Positions 20,346 through 31,363 are shown, counted from the first letter of the stretch. The stretch: 64,000 bases of DNA from Myxococcales bacterium (GCA_047601445.1 JASGJH010000001.1:6176001-6240000), one strand, 5' to 3'. Notes: generated from the letters alone by a model not told the origin. Numbers and translations are program-made.

Positions 20346-20422
20346 CGGGGAGGTCACGCGACCTCCCCGCCCGTCGCGGCCAAGCCGCGCCGGGACCCAC
20401 CCCGCGAGGTCCGCTTCGCTCA
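20346..20422. repeat. REP/MITE-like palindromic element, copy 1
   Basis: CGGGGAGGTC-ACGC-GACCTCCCCG perfect 10-bp hairpin, then CCCGTCGCG and CGCGAGGTCCGCTTCGCTCA; shared with 30940-30988. Confidence 0.8.
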
Positions 20423-20554
20423 CGAGCGCGGGAGCACCCCGCAAGCGAGGGCTGCCGCTGAGCCCGGTGGTTGCGCGGCTTACCGGCACTCCGTTCAGGG
20501 CTTTCCCGTTTCGTGGAGCACTCCAGCGTGCGCATGAACTCGCGCGCACGCTGA

Positions 20555-21883
<1,329 letters not shown>

Positions 21884-22136
21884 CGCAGCGTGGCATGCGT
21901 CAAAGGCTGCGTAACTTCTCGCCACTTGGTCCCGACTCTGGGGAGGTGGCGGTCGTTGGCGGGACATTTTGTCAGCTCGACTGCCCGGTTTTTGCGGCAA
22001 TCCTCGCTGAATTTCGCTTATCCTGGTGGAGGCACACGTCTTGCTGAAGTCCTGTTCTGACGCGCGCGGAATCAACGCGCTTTGACCTTTGCTCGTGCGC
22101 GGAAACCGCGCGCTTTGCCGGAGCCAGGAGAACGGA

Positions 22137-22493
22137 ATGAGCGAGTTTCAAATCACGTTCCGCGGTGTGCTGCCCGAGCCGAACCTGCGCGCGCTCGCCG
22201 AGGCGATGTACCAGAAGGTCAAAGGCCAGTACGGGCGTGCTTCCGGCTTCCATCTCGCCATCATCGAGCAGCCCTCGGCCTATGCGCGCTCGGTCGCCGT
22301 GTCCGCGCGCGTGCAGCTCCACGCGGGTCCGCACGGTGCCATCGCGGCCGCAGAGGCCTGGAACGAAAATCCGGTGGCCGCGGTGCGCGAGGCCTTCGCG
22401 CAGGCGTACACCGAGATGAACAACGTGTTGCCGAGCGCGTGCAGCTCGGCCAAGCGCGCCAACAAGTTGCTGCTCTTTCGCACGCGAGCCTGA
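22137..22493 (+). CDS. Small HPF/RaiA-fold-like protein (divergent)
   Basis: N-terminal FQITFRG and C-terminal AVREAF resemble ribosome-associated HPF-like proteins; AGGAG RBS. Confidence 0.6.
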   Translation: MSEFQITFRGVLPEPNLRALAEAMYQKVKGQYGRASGFHLAIIEQPSAYARSVAVSARVQLHAGPHGAIAAAEAWNENPVAAVREAFAQAYTEMNNVLPSACSSAKRANKLLLFRTRA

Positions 22494-22637
22494 GCTCCCA
22501 GCGTGCCTTTCCATCCGTGTGTCGCCGTCGTCAGTGCTGCGTACTCGGCGTTCGTCGACGACGTGTCATGCGGGCCCTCGCGCGGCTTCCGCTCTGCAGC
22601 GTGCAGCGCGGAGCCGGCGAACATGGGTAGCTGACTC

Positions 22638-22847
22638 TTACTGGGTCGCCCCCTCCGTGCCCTCGGTGGGCTCCGTGCCTTCCTCCACCGTATCGGTCGC
22701 GGTATCGGTCGCGCTCTCGGCGGCCTGTTGCGCCTGGTCGCCGGCGGCCTCGGCTCCTTCCTGCGCTTGCTCTGCCTTCTTCTTGCAGCCCGCGAACACG
22801 AGGCTGCTCAAGGCCAGTACGACGACGATGCCCAACTTGCTTTGCAT
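22638..22847 (-). CDS. Small acidic low-complexity lipoprotein
   Basis: FAGC lipobox followed by KKK and an A/E/T-rich tail; GGGGAG RBS. Confidence 0.8.
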   Translation of the reverse strand: MQSKLGIVVVLALSSLVFAGCKKKAEQAQEGAEAAGDQAQQAAESATDTATDTVEEGTEPTEGTEGATQ

Positions 22848-23209
22848 TGGATCGATCTCCCCTTGTGCGCTGCGAGCCGGTGCGCTTACTCCACTTCAAA
22901 TCGCTCCACGACGTGGGCCGGGCTCGACAGCGGTGCTCACACTCTAGCCCAAATGCTCCGCCATGCTGCTTGTCGCTACGTGTGCTCGACGGGCTGCCTC
23001 CGGCCTGTCCAAAACGGGAGAGGGTGCGTTCGACGATCACTCCGGGCCTGTCCTCCGTCCCCCGGTGAGACCGCTTACGGCCTGTAAGCAGCGCGCGGCT
23101 CCACGGGCGGTGCCGGGGCCTTGACCCTGACCAGGGAGTCCTCGCACGCCGATTCTTTTTTTGCGGGGCCCCCTTCCCAAAGCGCCCGGGCCGCGTGTTA
23201 ACGGAGGCG

Positions 23210-24934
23210 ATGCGAACTTTCTTCGGGATCTTGAGCCTGCTGGTGGGGGCCCTGTGTTGCCTGCCGCGGGCCCGGGCGGAGGGCCCCCTCCATACCTACG
23301 CGCTGGTGGTCGGCAGTAACCGCGGGGGGGCCGGGCAGGCCCACCTCAGCTTTGCCGAGCATGACGCCGAGCGCATGGCCGAAGTGCTGGTGGAGCTCGG
23401 TCGGACGCCCACCGAGCACGTCCAGCTGCTCAAGCAGCCCAGCGCGCGCGAGCTGGAGCAAGCGCTGGTGGAGCTCGCCAAGCGCGTCCAGGATCACGCT
23501 GGGCAGGGCGAGCGCTCGCAAGTGCTGTTCTACTACTCGGGTCACGCGCGCGCGCGCTCGCTGAGTCTGGATCAGGAAGAGGTCGCCCTCGACACCCTGC
23601 GCAAGGCACTGACGGCGTTGCCGAGCACGTTGACCGTGGTGGTGCTCGATGCCTGCCAAAGCGGAGCCTTCTCGGGCGTGAAGGGCGCGGCGCCTGCGGC
23701 CGATTTCTCATTGAGCTCCGTGAACGACCTGCACAGCCAGGGCATCGCGGTAATGGCCTCCAGCACCGCGGCCGAGTTGAGTCAGGAATCTCCCGAGCTC
23801 GGCTCGAGCTACTTCAGCCACCATCTGGTGGCCGCCCTGCGCGGGGCGGGGGACGGCAACGGCGACGGTCGTGTGTCGCTCGACGAGGCCTATGGCTACG
23901 CGTACCAGCACACGCTTTCGGATACGGCGCGCACGCAGGTCGGCACGCAGCACGCCACGCTCGAGACCGACATTCGCGGCCGCGGTGACGTGCCGCTGAG
24001 CTATCCGGTGGACGCAGACGCACAACTGTCCTTGCCAGCCGAGCTGGAGGGCCGCGTGATGGTCCAGAAGGAAAACCGCGGCGTGGTGATCGCGGAGATC
24101 GTGAAGGCCGCGGGGTCTCCTCTGTCGCTGGCCCTGCCCGCGGGCAAGTACGACGTCGTGGTGCGCAAGGCCAGCGGGCGGGACACGCGGCAATGCTCCG
24201 TGACGCTCGCGCGGGGCGCCACGTACGCGCTCGATCCACGGCAATGCGCCGTGGTGGCGGAGACGGTCGGGGTAGCCAAGGCTGCGGGGACCGACGATTT
24301 CCAGACCTGGGAGGCGCAACGCGAAGCCGAACGCAAGAACTACTACGAGCACTGGTTCTTCGAGGTCGGTGGCGGACTCAACTCCAAGCAGGACGATGAC
24401 TACACGCGCACGCTGGGGCAGTTCCGCTTCGCGGAGGACCTCGGCCAGGCGCGCGTACTCGGCCTCGACACCTCGGCGGGCGTAGGGCTCACGCGGCACC
24501 TGAGCTTGCTTGCGCACTACGACAACAAGATCGAGCGACGCGTCTACACGCGGTCATTGCAGGGGCCGGACAGCGAGTCGCGCGACGAACGCTTCTCCTG
24601 GACCACGCGCGCGGTCTCCCTCGGTCTGCGCGCACGCCTGGCGCTCTCGAAGAAGGAATGGGTGGTGGGCTTTGCGGAGGGCGACGTGGGACTCGGCATC
24701 GCGCGCACCCGGATGGTCGGCACCGGCGTGCACTCCTTCGATCACGACTTCGGTCTGGTGCTGAGGGGCTTGCTCGGCCTGACCTTCGGCGTCGCCGAGT
24801 ACTTCGGCGTGTACTTGGCGGGCGGCTACACGTACGCGCCCGTCACCAGCAACTTGATCGGTCAAACCCACAACGACGGTGGAGTCACCATCGTTACGGG
24901 TGTGCGTGTTCGCGGCATGAAGGGAGCCTGGTGA
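23210..24934 (+). CDS. Exported caspase-family (peptidase C14) protein with PEGA-like linker and C-terminal outer-membrane beta-barrel-like domain
   Basis: Signal peptide ending ARA; ALVVGSN, FYYSGH (His), VLDACQSG (Cys), SQES...SYFSHHL, GDGNGDG.VSL.EAY.Y; LPAGKYDV; amphipathic beta-strand C-terminus; GGAGG RBS. Confidence 0.88.
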   Translation: MRTFFGILSLLVGALCCLPRARAEGPLHTYALVVGSNRGGAGQAHLSFAEHDAERMAEVLVELGRTPTEHVQLLKQPSARELEQALVELAKRVQDHAGQGERSQVLFYYSGHARARSLSLDQEEVALDTLRKALTALPSTLTVVVLDACQSGAFSGVKGAAPAADFSLSSVNDLHSQGIAVMASSTAAELSQESPELGSSYFSHHLVAALRGAGDGNGDGRVSLDEAYGYAYQHTLSDTARTQVGTQHATLETDIRGRGDVPLSYPVDADAQLSLPAELEGRVMVQKENRGVVIAEIVKAAGSPLSLALPAGKYDVVVRKASGRDTRQCSVTLARGATYALDPRQCAVVAETVGVAKAAGTDDFQTWEAQREAERKNYYEHWFFEVGGGLNSKQDDDYTRTLGQFRFAEDLGQARVLGLDTSAGVGLTRHLSLLAHYDNKIERRVYTRSLQGPDSESRDERFSWTTRAVSLGLRARLALSKKEWVVGFAEGDVGLGIARTRMVGTGVHSFDHDFGLVLRGLLGLTFGVAEYFGVYLAGGYTYAPVTSNLIGQTHNDGGVTIVTGVRVRGMKGAW

Positions 24935-26419
24935 TGCGCTCGCGCTTGCTTTTCGGTGTCTTGGGGTTCGCGGTGCTGGGCACGAGCTTCGTGGCTTGCG
25001 ACGACGACAACCTCGTCAACAACCCCTCCTTCGACCTGTGGTGCGGCAACTCGCTGTGCAGCTGGCACACCGATTCGGGTGCCATCGAGCGCGTGGCCAC
25101 CTGGCACAAGAAGGACTACGGCGTCTCCTTCGAGGAGCAGAACACGCAGAATCTCGCAGGTGTCCGAGGTGGACCCCGTGAAGTGCATGCGCTTCGACTT
25201 GATCGCCGATGCGGAGCCCGAGGCGCAGCTCTCGCTGGTGCTGGACTTCAACGACGATGGTTACGAGGAGTTCGATCAGCTGATCCCGGACGTGCGCTGG
25301 AAGAGCCTGCAATTCGTGGTGCGGCCGCCCACGGACTACCGCAGCCTGCGCTACATCCTGCGTAAGAAGGGCAGCGGACGCGCGGTGATCGCGCAGCTGC
25401 GCGTGGTGGAGGAGACCGAGGGCTGCGACGGACCTGCGTTGATGATCGCGGCTGGTGGCGCCTGCACGACGGACCTCTCGTGCGCCAGCGGACTGTGCGC
25501 CGACTTCATCTGCAGCACATGCGCGATCCCGCCCGAAGGGGGGCCAGCCGTCGCCTCGCAGTGCATCGATGGCAGTGCGTGTCGCGAGGACAGCGGGTGC
25601 CAGAGCGGTGCCTGCGTGGGCCGAGTTTGCCAGGGTTGCGCGCTCGACGGCAGCTGCCGGGAGCTCTCTCCCTGCGACGATGCCAGCCAGTGCGCGAGCA
25701 AGGCTTGCGTTCCACGGCTTACGTTCTCAGGCGTGGTGGAAGCTACGTCGTGCTTGCACTGCAACTCGAACGAGGACTGTGGTGGACCCAGCGCCCTCTG
25801 CACCGACGGCGTGTGTGAGGTGTGCCTGCTCGACCCGTTCCCCAAGCAATGCGCCGAATGCACCGACGATGCTCAGTGTTCGTCCGGCGTGTGCGAGGCA
25901 GGTCTCTGCGTGGACTGTCGTTCGGATGAACAGTGCGGCCCCGGCCAGTTTTGCCGCTACGTCAATCCCTTCGACGCCAACCTCCGCCGCTGTTCCGGCG
26001 GGTTCGCGACGAACCTTCCACGGGGAGCCCTGTGCGACACCGACTCTCAGTGCGCCGGTGGGCTCGCTTGTGGCGCTGGAGCCGGCGAGCCCAAACGCTG
26101 CGGTGTGGCCTGCGAGGTCGACCCCAACGTGTGCGCTGCGGGTACCATCTGCACGAGACCGGCTTTCTCCGAGATTCAGGGGATCATCTGGTATCCGCAG
26201 CGCCGACTGGTGGCCCCTTATGCAGACGTCGCTTCGAACATCGCCACCTGCCATCACGTGATCACCGACGCCGAGGCCGCGCAGCTTCCCTGCAGCCTGC
26301 ATGCGGAGTGCGCGAGCGGTGTGTGCTGCGACGGCCACTGCGCCAATCCCGACGACCATCAGAAGAACCTGCGCACGGGTGGCTGCACCTATTCGCCGGA
26401 CCAAGACGATTCGGAGTAA
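24934..26419 (+). CDS. Cys-rich lipoprotein (CBM-like N-domain plus Cys repeats); +1 frameshift at about 25150
   Basis: ATG overlaps the caspase TGA; FVAC lipobox; NNPSFDLWC. Removing one A in CAGAATC (25147-25153) joins it to the Cys-rich frame ending at 26419. Confidence 0.8.
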
Positions 26420-26433
26420 CCTGTGCAGGCCCC

Positions 26434-26907
26434 GTGGAAAGCTATCGACGTTACGGTCCCGCGCTGCTGCGCAAAGCACGCCGCCTGCTGCGCAACGAGG
26501 AAGACGCTCGCGACGCGCTGCAGGGGTTGTTCGTCGACTTTCTCGCGCGCGGAGAGGAGCCGCGTGAGCTCCCCTATTTGTACCGGGCCATCACCCATCG
26601 CTGCCTCAACCTGCTGCGTGACGACCGCAATCGGGCGCGCCTGCTCGAGCGAGAGAGCCCTGTCTTGGCCGGCGCGGCGCAGCTCGCCCCGGACACGGTC
26701 TCGCTCGGGCTCGACGCGTTGCTCAAGCTGCAGCGCTGCGTGGACGAGACCGTGATGGAAACCGTGGTCTACCGCTTCGTGGACGAGATGGGCCTCGAAG
26801 AGATCGCCGAGGTGATGCAGGTCAGCCGCAAGACCGTGCAGAACCGGCTCGCGCGCGCCCAACAGGAGCTTGCGCTCTTGCTCGGCAACACCGGGGGGCA
26901 GACATGA
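26434..26907 (+). CDS. ECF RNA polymerase sigma factor
   Basis: YRRYGPALLRKARRLL...ARDALQ..F (region 2), YLYRAITHRCLNLLR, EEIAEVMQVSRKTVQNRL (region 4 HTH); start uncertain. Confidence 0.9.
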   Translation: MESYRRYGPALLRKARRLLRNEEDARDALQGLFVDFLARGEEPRELPYLYRAITHRCLNLLRDDRNRARLLERESPVLAGAAQLAPDTVSLGLDALLKLQRCVDETVMETVVYRFVDEMGLEEIAEVMQVSRKTVQNRLARAQQELALLLGNTGGQT

Positions 26908-27564
26908 GCCTGTCGGAGCGACGCACTCTCTCGTGGTTCACGCTGGAGCGCTACGCCCTGGGCGAGCTCAGCGAAGCCGAGCGCAATGAAGTGGAGGCGG
27001 AGCTGCAGGGCTCGGCGTTCAACCGACGTCGGCTCGAACAGAATCCTGGCGGACCGCAGTGAGTTGCCCGACCTGCCCACCAACGTGGCTCCTCTCAGGC
27101 CGCAACGGGCACGCAGCGCAGCGCGTTGGTTGGGGGTGGGCGCCACCCTCGCGGCTGCGGCCGTCGCGCTGCTGGTGGTGCTGCGGGACCCGTCGACCCG
27201 CCAGGACGAGCAGGGGGGCAATCACGTGAAGGGCGGCGAGCTGTCCTTCGAGCTGGTGAGCGAGCGGGGGCACCACGATCCCACGCGCTTCGCTCAGCAC
27301 GAGCGCTTCAAGGTCCTCGTGACCTGCCCGCCTGACTTCGCGGAGCGCCTGCACTTGCTGGTGTTCCAGGGGGGGCAGCGCTACGAGCCGCTGGCGCCGA
27401 TCCAGCTCGCGTGCGGCAACCAGGTGCCCTGGTCTGGTGCATTCGCACTCGACGGGGACCAACCCGCGGAAGTGTGCGTGGCGTGGGGCGCGCGGGCCGC
27501 TCGGGCTCAACGTGCCGGGGACCTGTCGGACGACGCGGTGTGCAGCATGCTCGCGCCTGACTGA
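26904..27564 (+). CDS. Membrane anti-sigma-like protein; +1 frameshift at about 27042
   Basis: ATGA overlap with the sigma gene; MSLSERRTLSWFTLERYALGELSEAERNEVEAEL N-terminus. Removing one A in CAGAATC (27039-27045) continues into ILADRSELP, a TM helix, NHVKGG and an exported domain. Confidence 0.8.
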
Positions 27565-27666
27565 CTGACCCCATTAATACTAGGGGATCTGGCGAAAAAT
27601 CAATAGCTAGCGAGGACCCGCCCAAATCCAGAGGATGCTCCTTTTGTCGACGAAAAGGAGTCCACC

Positions 27667-28962
27667 ATGGCCGTCATCCGTCGCGACGCGTCGCGTTCCA
27701 GGTCACGCGCGCTGCGCTACCGTCCGGCTTCGTCCGGCCAGCTCTTGCGCCACATCCTGGAGCACCCGAGCCTCACGGCTGCCGTGCGCGAGCTGCCAGG
27801 TCCCGCGCTGGCCAACCTGATCGCTCGCGTGGGTCTGGAGGACGCGGGAGAGATCGTGGCAATGGCGAGCGACGAGCAGCTCGCGAGCGTGTTCGACGAA
27901 GATCTGTGGCGCGCGGATGCGCCGGGCGCGGACGAGCGATTTCGACCCGCGCGGTTTGCGCTCTGGCTCGAGGTCCTCTCGGAGGCTGGCGATGAGTTCG
28001 TGGCGCGCAGGCTGGCGGGGCTGCCACGCGAGCTGCTGATCTTGGCGATCCATCGGTTGGTGCTGGTGCTCGACATGGATGGCTTGGCCGAGGAGCTCTG
28101 CGAGGCAGAAGAAGACGACGCGGTCGCCACGGAGAAGGCGCTGGAATGCGGGCTGTACGAGGAGTGGGAAGGGTTCCGCTTGATCGCGCGCGACGCGCGC
28201 GTGTGGGACGTGTTGTGGTCGGCCCTGTTGAGCCTCGACCGTGATCATCACGAACTCTTGCGAGAAGTGCTCGAGCGCTGTGCCGCCATGGACCAGGAGT
28301 ACGTCGAGGACAACGGTGGTCTCTACGATGTACTTACCTCGGAGGAGATGCTCGAGGCTGACGTCTCGGGGGAGCGCGCCGATCGCCGTGCGGAGCACGG
28401 CTTCGTGTCGCCAGCCGATGCGCGAGCGTTCCTGGCGTTGGCACGCAGCGGGCGGGAGCTCGAGCAGCGCGATGCCGTCACACAGGCCTACTTTCGTGGC
28501 CTCTCACGCGCACCGCGCGCGGAGCTGCAGCGTCCGGTGCAAGAGCGCGCTAGCCCCGCCGTCACGGAGCTCTTGCGGCTCGTGGGCCCCAGCGAAGCGT
28601 CCCCTGCACATCCGCTGCTCCCCACGCGGGGAACGAGAACGGAAGAGTCGACGGAGCCGTCCTTGTTTCGGGCGGCGCTGTTGGAGCTCGGGCGAACGCA
28701 GCCACAGCTCGGCGCAGAGCGCCTCGAGGAGCTCGCCTACTTGGCCAACGTGCTTTGGGTAGGAAGCGCGCACACGGGACGTCAGCCGCGGCCCATTGAA
28801 GCCCTCGAACGGGCCATGGAGACGTGCGACGCGGGCTTGCGCAGCGCCCTCGAAAGCGCGGGCGTCGCGAGTGATGAGCAGCCTGCGTTGCTCGACGCGG
28901 CGGTGGCCACGCTGGCGCGCACGCACGCCGATCAGCTCTTTCGAATGGGCGCGCGCGACTAG
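27667..28962 (+). CDS. Hypothetical helical protein (DUF6178-like)
   Basis: GLEDAGEIV...FDEDLW, WLEVL.EAG, RRAEHGFV, RLEELAYLANVL; AAGGAG RBS. Family recalled from motifs only. Confidence 0.75.
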   Translation: MAVIRRDASRSRSRALRYRPASSGQLLRHILEHPSLTAAVRELPGPALANLIARVGLEDAGEIVAMASDEQLASVFDEDLWRADAPGADERFRPARFALWLEVLSEAGDEFVARRLAGLPRELLILAIHRLVLVLDMDGLAEELCEAEEDDAVATEKALECGLYEEWEGFRLIARDARVWDVLWSALLSLDRDHHELLREVLERCAAMDQEYVEDNGGLYDVLTSEEMLEADVSGERADRRAEHGFVSPADARAFLALARSGRELEQRDAVTQAYFRGLSRAPRAELQRPVQERASPAVTELLRLVGPSEASPAHPLLPTRGTRTEESTEPSLFRAALLELGRTQPQLGAERLEELAYLANVLWVGSAHTGRQPRPIEALERAMETCDAGLRSALESAGVASDEQPALLDAAVATLARTHADQLFRMGARD

Positions 28963-29151
28963 CCAAGGCGCGCGGCAATCGAGCTTGCAGGTTCCCTTGT
29001 CTCGCGGTGAGATGCCTTGCCTTGGAGACCTCGCCGTTCCCAAACGGCTGTCAGTTCTGGGCATGACGACGACGACCTTCACGCCAGAAAATCGAGGGGC
29101 GGGGCCTCAATCCGCGCGGGGAATGCAGAGCTCACGGGTAAACTCCGCTAC

Positions 29152-29490
29152 ATGGGGCTTGTCTATGTCTATCTGGCGGCTTGGATCGCCGGCGGCGTGT
29201 TGTTGGGCAGCATGATGCTGCTCGAGCATCCGCACGACCAACCCGACGCCGAAGAGCTGGCGCAGCCGGTTCAGCGCTCCGCGGGTTTGCACGCGCTAGC
29301 GTTGGCGTTGACTGGCTTCGGCTTGGGCGGGCTCTTGGCCGAGGGCTTGGGCCTGGTGCCGTCGCCGTGGACGGCGGGCTGCGCCTTGGCCGGTGCGATG
29401 CTGCTCGGAGCGGGCGGCTACCTGAGCGGACAGTTCAAGCGCGCGCGCGACGACAAGGGCTCGAACGAGCCGCTCACGCGTAGTCCTTGA
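29152..29490 (+). CDS. Small membrane protein (3 TM)
   Basis: Three hydrophobic segments with a His/Asp-rich loop. Confidence 0.6.
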   Translation: MGLVYVYLAAWIAGGVLLGSMMLLEHPHDQPDAEELAQPVQRSAGLHALALALTGFGLGGLLAEGLGLVPSPWTAGCALAGAMLLGAGGYLSGQFKRARDDKGSNEPLTRSP

Positions 29491-29866
29491 TCTGCGTTTC
29501 CCAGTTCTTGCCGTCGAAGTTCACGCGCTCGAACCAGCTCGCCTCCACGCCGCTTAGACAGCGTGCGTTGACGCTGAAGCCATCCGGGTGGGAGCGCGGG
29601 ACGTAGTAGGAGTGGACACCGCAGGTGCTGCAGAAGAGGTGACGCGCGGTGCCGGTGTTGAAGGTGTAGTTGGTCAGCGCGTTCGGATCGCCCAGGAGCT
29701 CGAAGTCTTCCTTGGCCGTGATCAGGTGCAGAAAGCCCTTCTTCGTGCAGATGGAGCAGTTGCACTCGCTCATGCGCCAGCTGCGCAAGGTAACTCGGAA
29801 GCGAACGTTGCCGCAGTGACAGCCGCCTTCGAAGGTGGCCGGGAGCTCGGGGCGCGCGGTGGACAT
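29474..29866 (-). CDS. GFA / CENP-V family protein
   Basis: GGCHCGNVRF, CNCSIC, FCSTCG, RSHPDG.SVN. Confidence 0.93.
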   Translation of the reverse strand: MSTARPELPATFEGGCHCGNVRFRVTLRSWRMSECNCSICTKKGFLHLITAKEDFELLGDPNALTNYTFNTGTARHLFCSTCGVHSYYVPRSHPDGFSVNARCLSGVEASWFERVNFDGKNWETQIKDYA

Positions 29867-29888
29867 TGCGGCAGTGTGCGTCACGCGC

Positions 29889-30890
29889 TCAGGCGCGCAA
29901 GGCTCGCGCCGGCTCGTCACCCTGGAAATAGCGGGCGGGGTTCTCCACGAGCATGGTGCGCACGTCGCGGTCGCTTAGCCCGAGCTCCTTCATGCGCGGC
30001 AAGATGCGCTTGAACAGGTGCGTGCTCTCCCAGTTGGGCAAGGCGCGCGCGATGCGCTCCGCGCTGAGCACCGTCTTTCCGTCGAAGCTAGGACGTCCGA
30101 GCCAGGCCGCGCAGGTGGCGTCGTGCGAGAGACACAGCGAGCGTGTGTAGCCGGCCTGCACCATCTGCAACACGCTCTCGATGCGCGCCTGGTCGCTGAG
30201 CAGCGTCTCGATACCGAAGCGATCGAAGCCCACGTACGCGCCCGCGTCCGCCAGGGCGCGATGGTAGTCGTGATCAGCGCGACCATCGCTGTGCCCCACC
30301 AGGATGCGATGGGCGGGTACAGCCACCGAGGTCAACAGCTCGATTTGCTCCAGGCCGCAGCTGGCTTCGTCCGTGTGGGTCAGCACCGGACAGCCCGTCT
30401 GAGCGGCGGCTCGGCCTCCGGCCAGGATCAGCTTGCGCTCGTAGTCGCTCACACGGTGCGCGCCGCTGGCCACCTTGACCAGGCCTGCGCGAATGCCGGT
30501 GTCGCCGATGCCCTCGGTGAGCTCACGCAGATAGGTGTGCTCGATGTCCTCGGGTCGCAACGCGGAGAACGTATAGGTGAGGCCCTGATTCTCTTTGTAG
30601 GCGCCGGTGGCGCAGATGATCTGCATGCCCGAGCGCTGGGCCACCTCGGCCATGAACTCGACGTCGCGCCCGAGGTCCATCGGACACGGATCGACGAAGG
30701 TCTCGACGCCGAAGTCTCGCAGCTCCTGCAGCCGATCGACCCCGCGGGCCAGGGCCTCGGCACGGCGGAACGGGGGAGCCTTGCCATCCATGAACCAGCC
30801 CGGGTAGCCGAGCAGCAGGTGTTCGTGCACGAGCGTGAGCCCGAGCTCTTCCACACGCACGGGCCCGGTGACGGTCTGAACCCACTCCAT
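29889..30890 (-). CDS. Phosphotriesterase-family (PHP-like) metallohydrolase
   Basis: TLVHEH, GLVKVA (carbamylated Lys), LTHT, GHSD, FDRFG, LSHD, ENPAR. Confidence 0.93.
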   Translation of the reverse strand: MEWVQTVTGPVRVEELGLTLVHEHLLLGYPGWFMDGKAPPFRRAEALARGVDRLQELRDFGVETFVDPCPMDLGRDVEFMAEVAQRSGMQIICATGAYKENQGLTYTFSALRPEDIEHTYLRELTEGIGDTGIRAGLVKVASGAHRVSDYERKLILAGGRAAAQTGCPVLTHTDEASCGLEQIELLTSVAVPAHRILVGHSDGRADHDYHRALADAGAYVGFDRFGIETLLSDQARIESVLQMVQAGYTRSLCLSHDATCAAWLGRPSFDGKTVLSAERIARALPNWESTHLFKRILPRMKELGLSDRDVRTMLVENPARYFQGDEPARALRA

Positions 30891-30916
30891 GAAAGGCGAG
30901 GCTCCTTCTGTGGCGA

Positions 30917-31008
30917 GCCTACTTCTCTTTCGATCGTTTCGGGGAGGTCACGCGACCTCCCCGCCCGTCGCGAGGTTCGCTTCGCTCAGTGAAGTGCCTA
31001 CTTCTCTT
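30917..31008. mobile_element. REP/MITE-like element copy 2, flanked by 13-bp direct repeats GCCTACTTCTCTT
   Basis: Hairpin at 30940-30963 is identical to 20346-20369; direct repeats at 30917-30929 and 30996-31008. Confidence 0.7.
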
Positions 31009-31276
31009 CCGAGGGGGGTACGTAGCCTTCCGGCTTGGCGGAGCCTTCGCCGAAGAAGAACTTCTCGCACTCGGTGAGCCAGATTTTCTGGGCCTTGGGG
31101 TCGTTGAAATCGAGTCGCAGCTCGTTGATCAGCATGGTCGAGTGGGAAATCCACTGCTTCCACGCTTCCTTGGAGACGTTCTCGAAGAGTTTCTGGCCGA
31201 ACTCACCCTTGATGGGCGGGCGTTCCAGGCCTTCGGCCTCGTGGCCGAGTTTGATGCAATTCACCGTACGAGCCAT
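30998..31276 (-). CDS. yggX: Fe(II)-trafficking / oxidative damage protection protein (YggX family)
   Basis: MARTVNCIKLGHEAEGL, SKEAW..W....TMLINE.RL, EGYVPP. Confidence 0.93.
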   Translation of the reverse strand: MARTVNCIKLGHEAEGLERPPIKGEFGQKLFENVSKEAWKQWISHSTMLINELRLDFNDPKAQKIWLTECEKFFFGEGSAKPEGYVPPSEEK

Positions 31277-31363
31277 GGCCGGGAACATGGGGAGGGAAAG
31301 CGGTCTGGTCAAGCTCCTACAGCTGAACACCCTTTCCGTTCGTGGTAGGGTGCTCGTTCGCCT

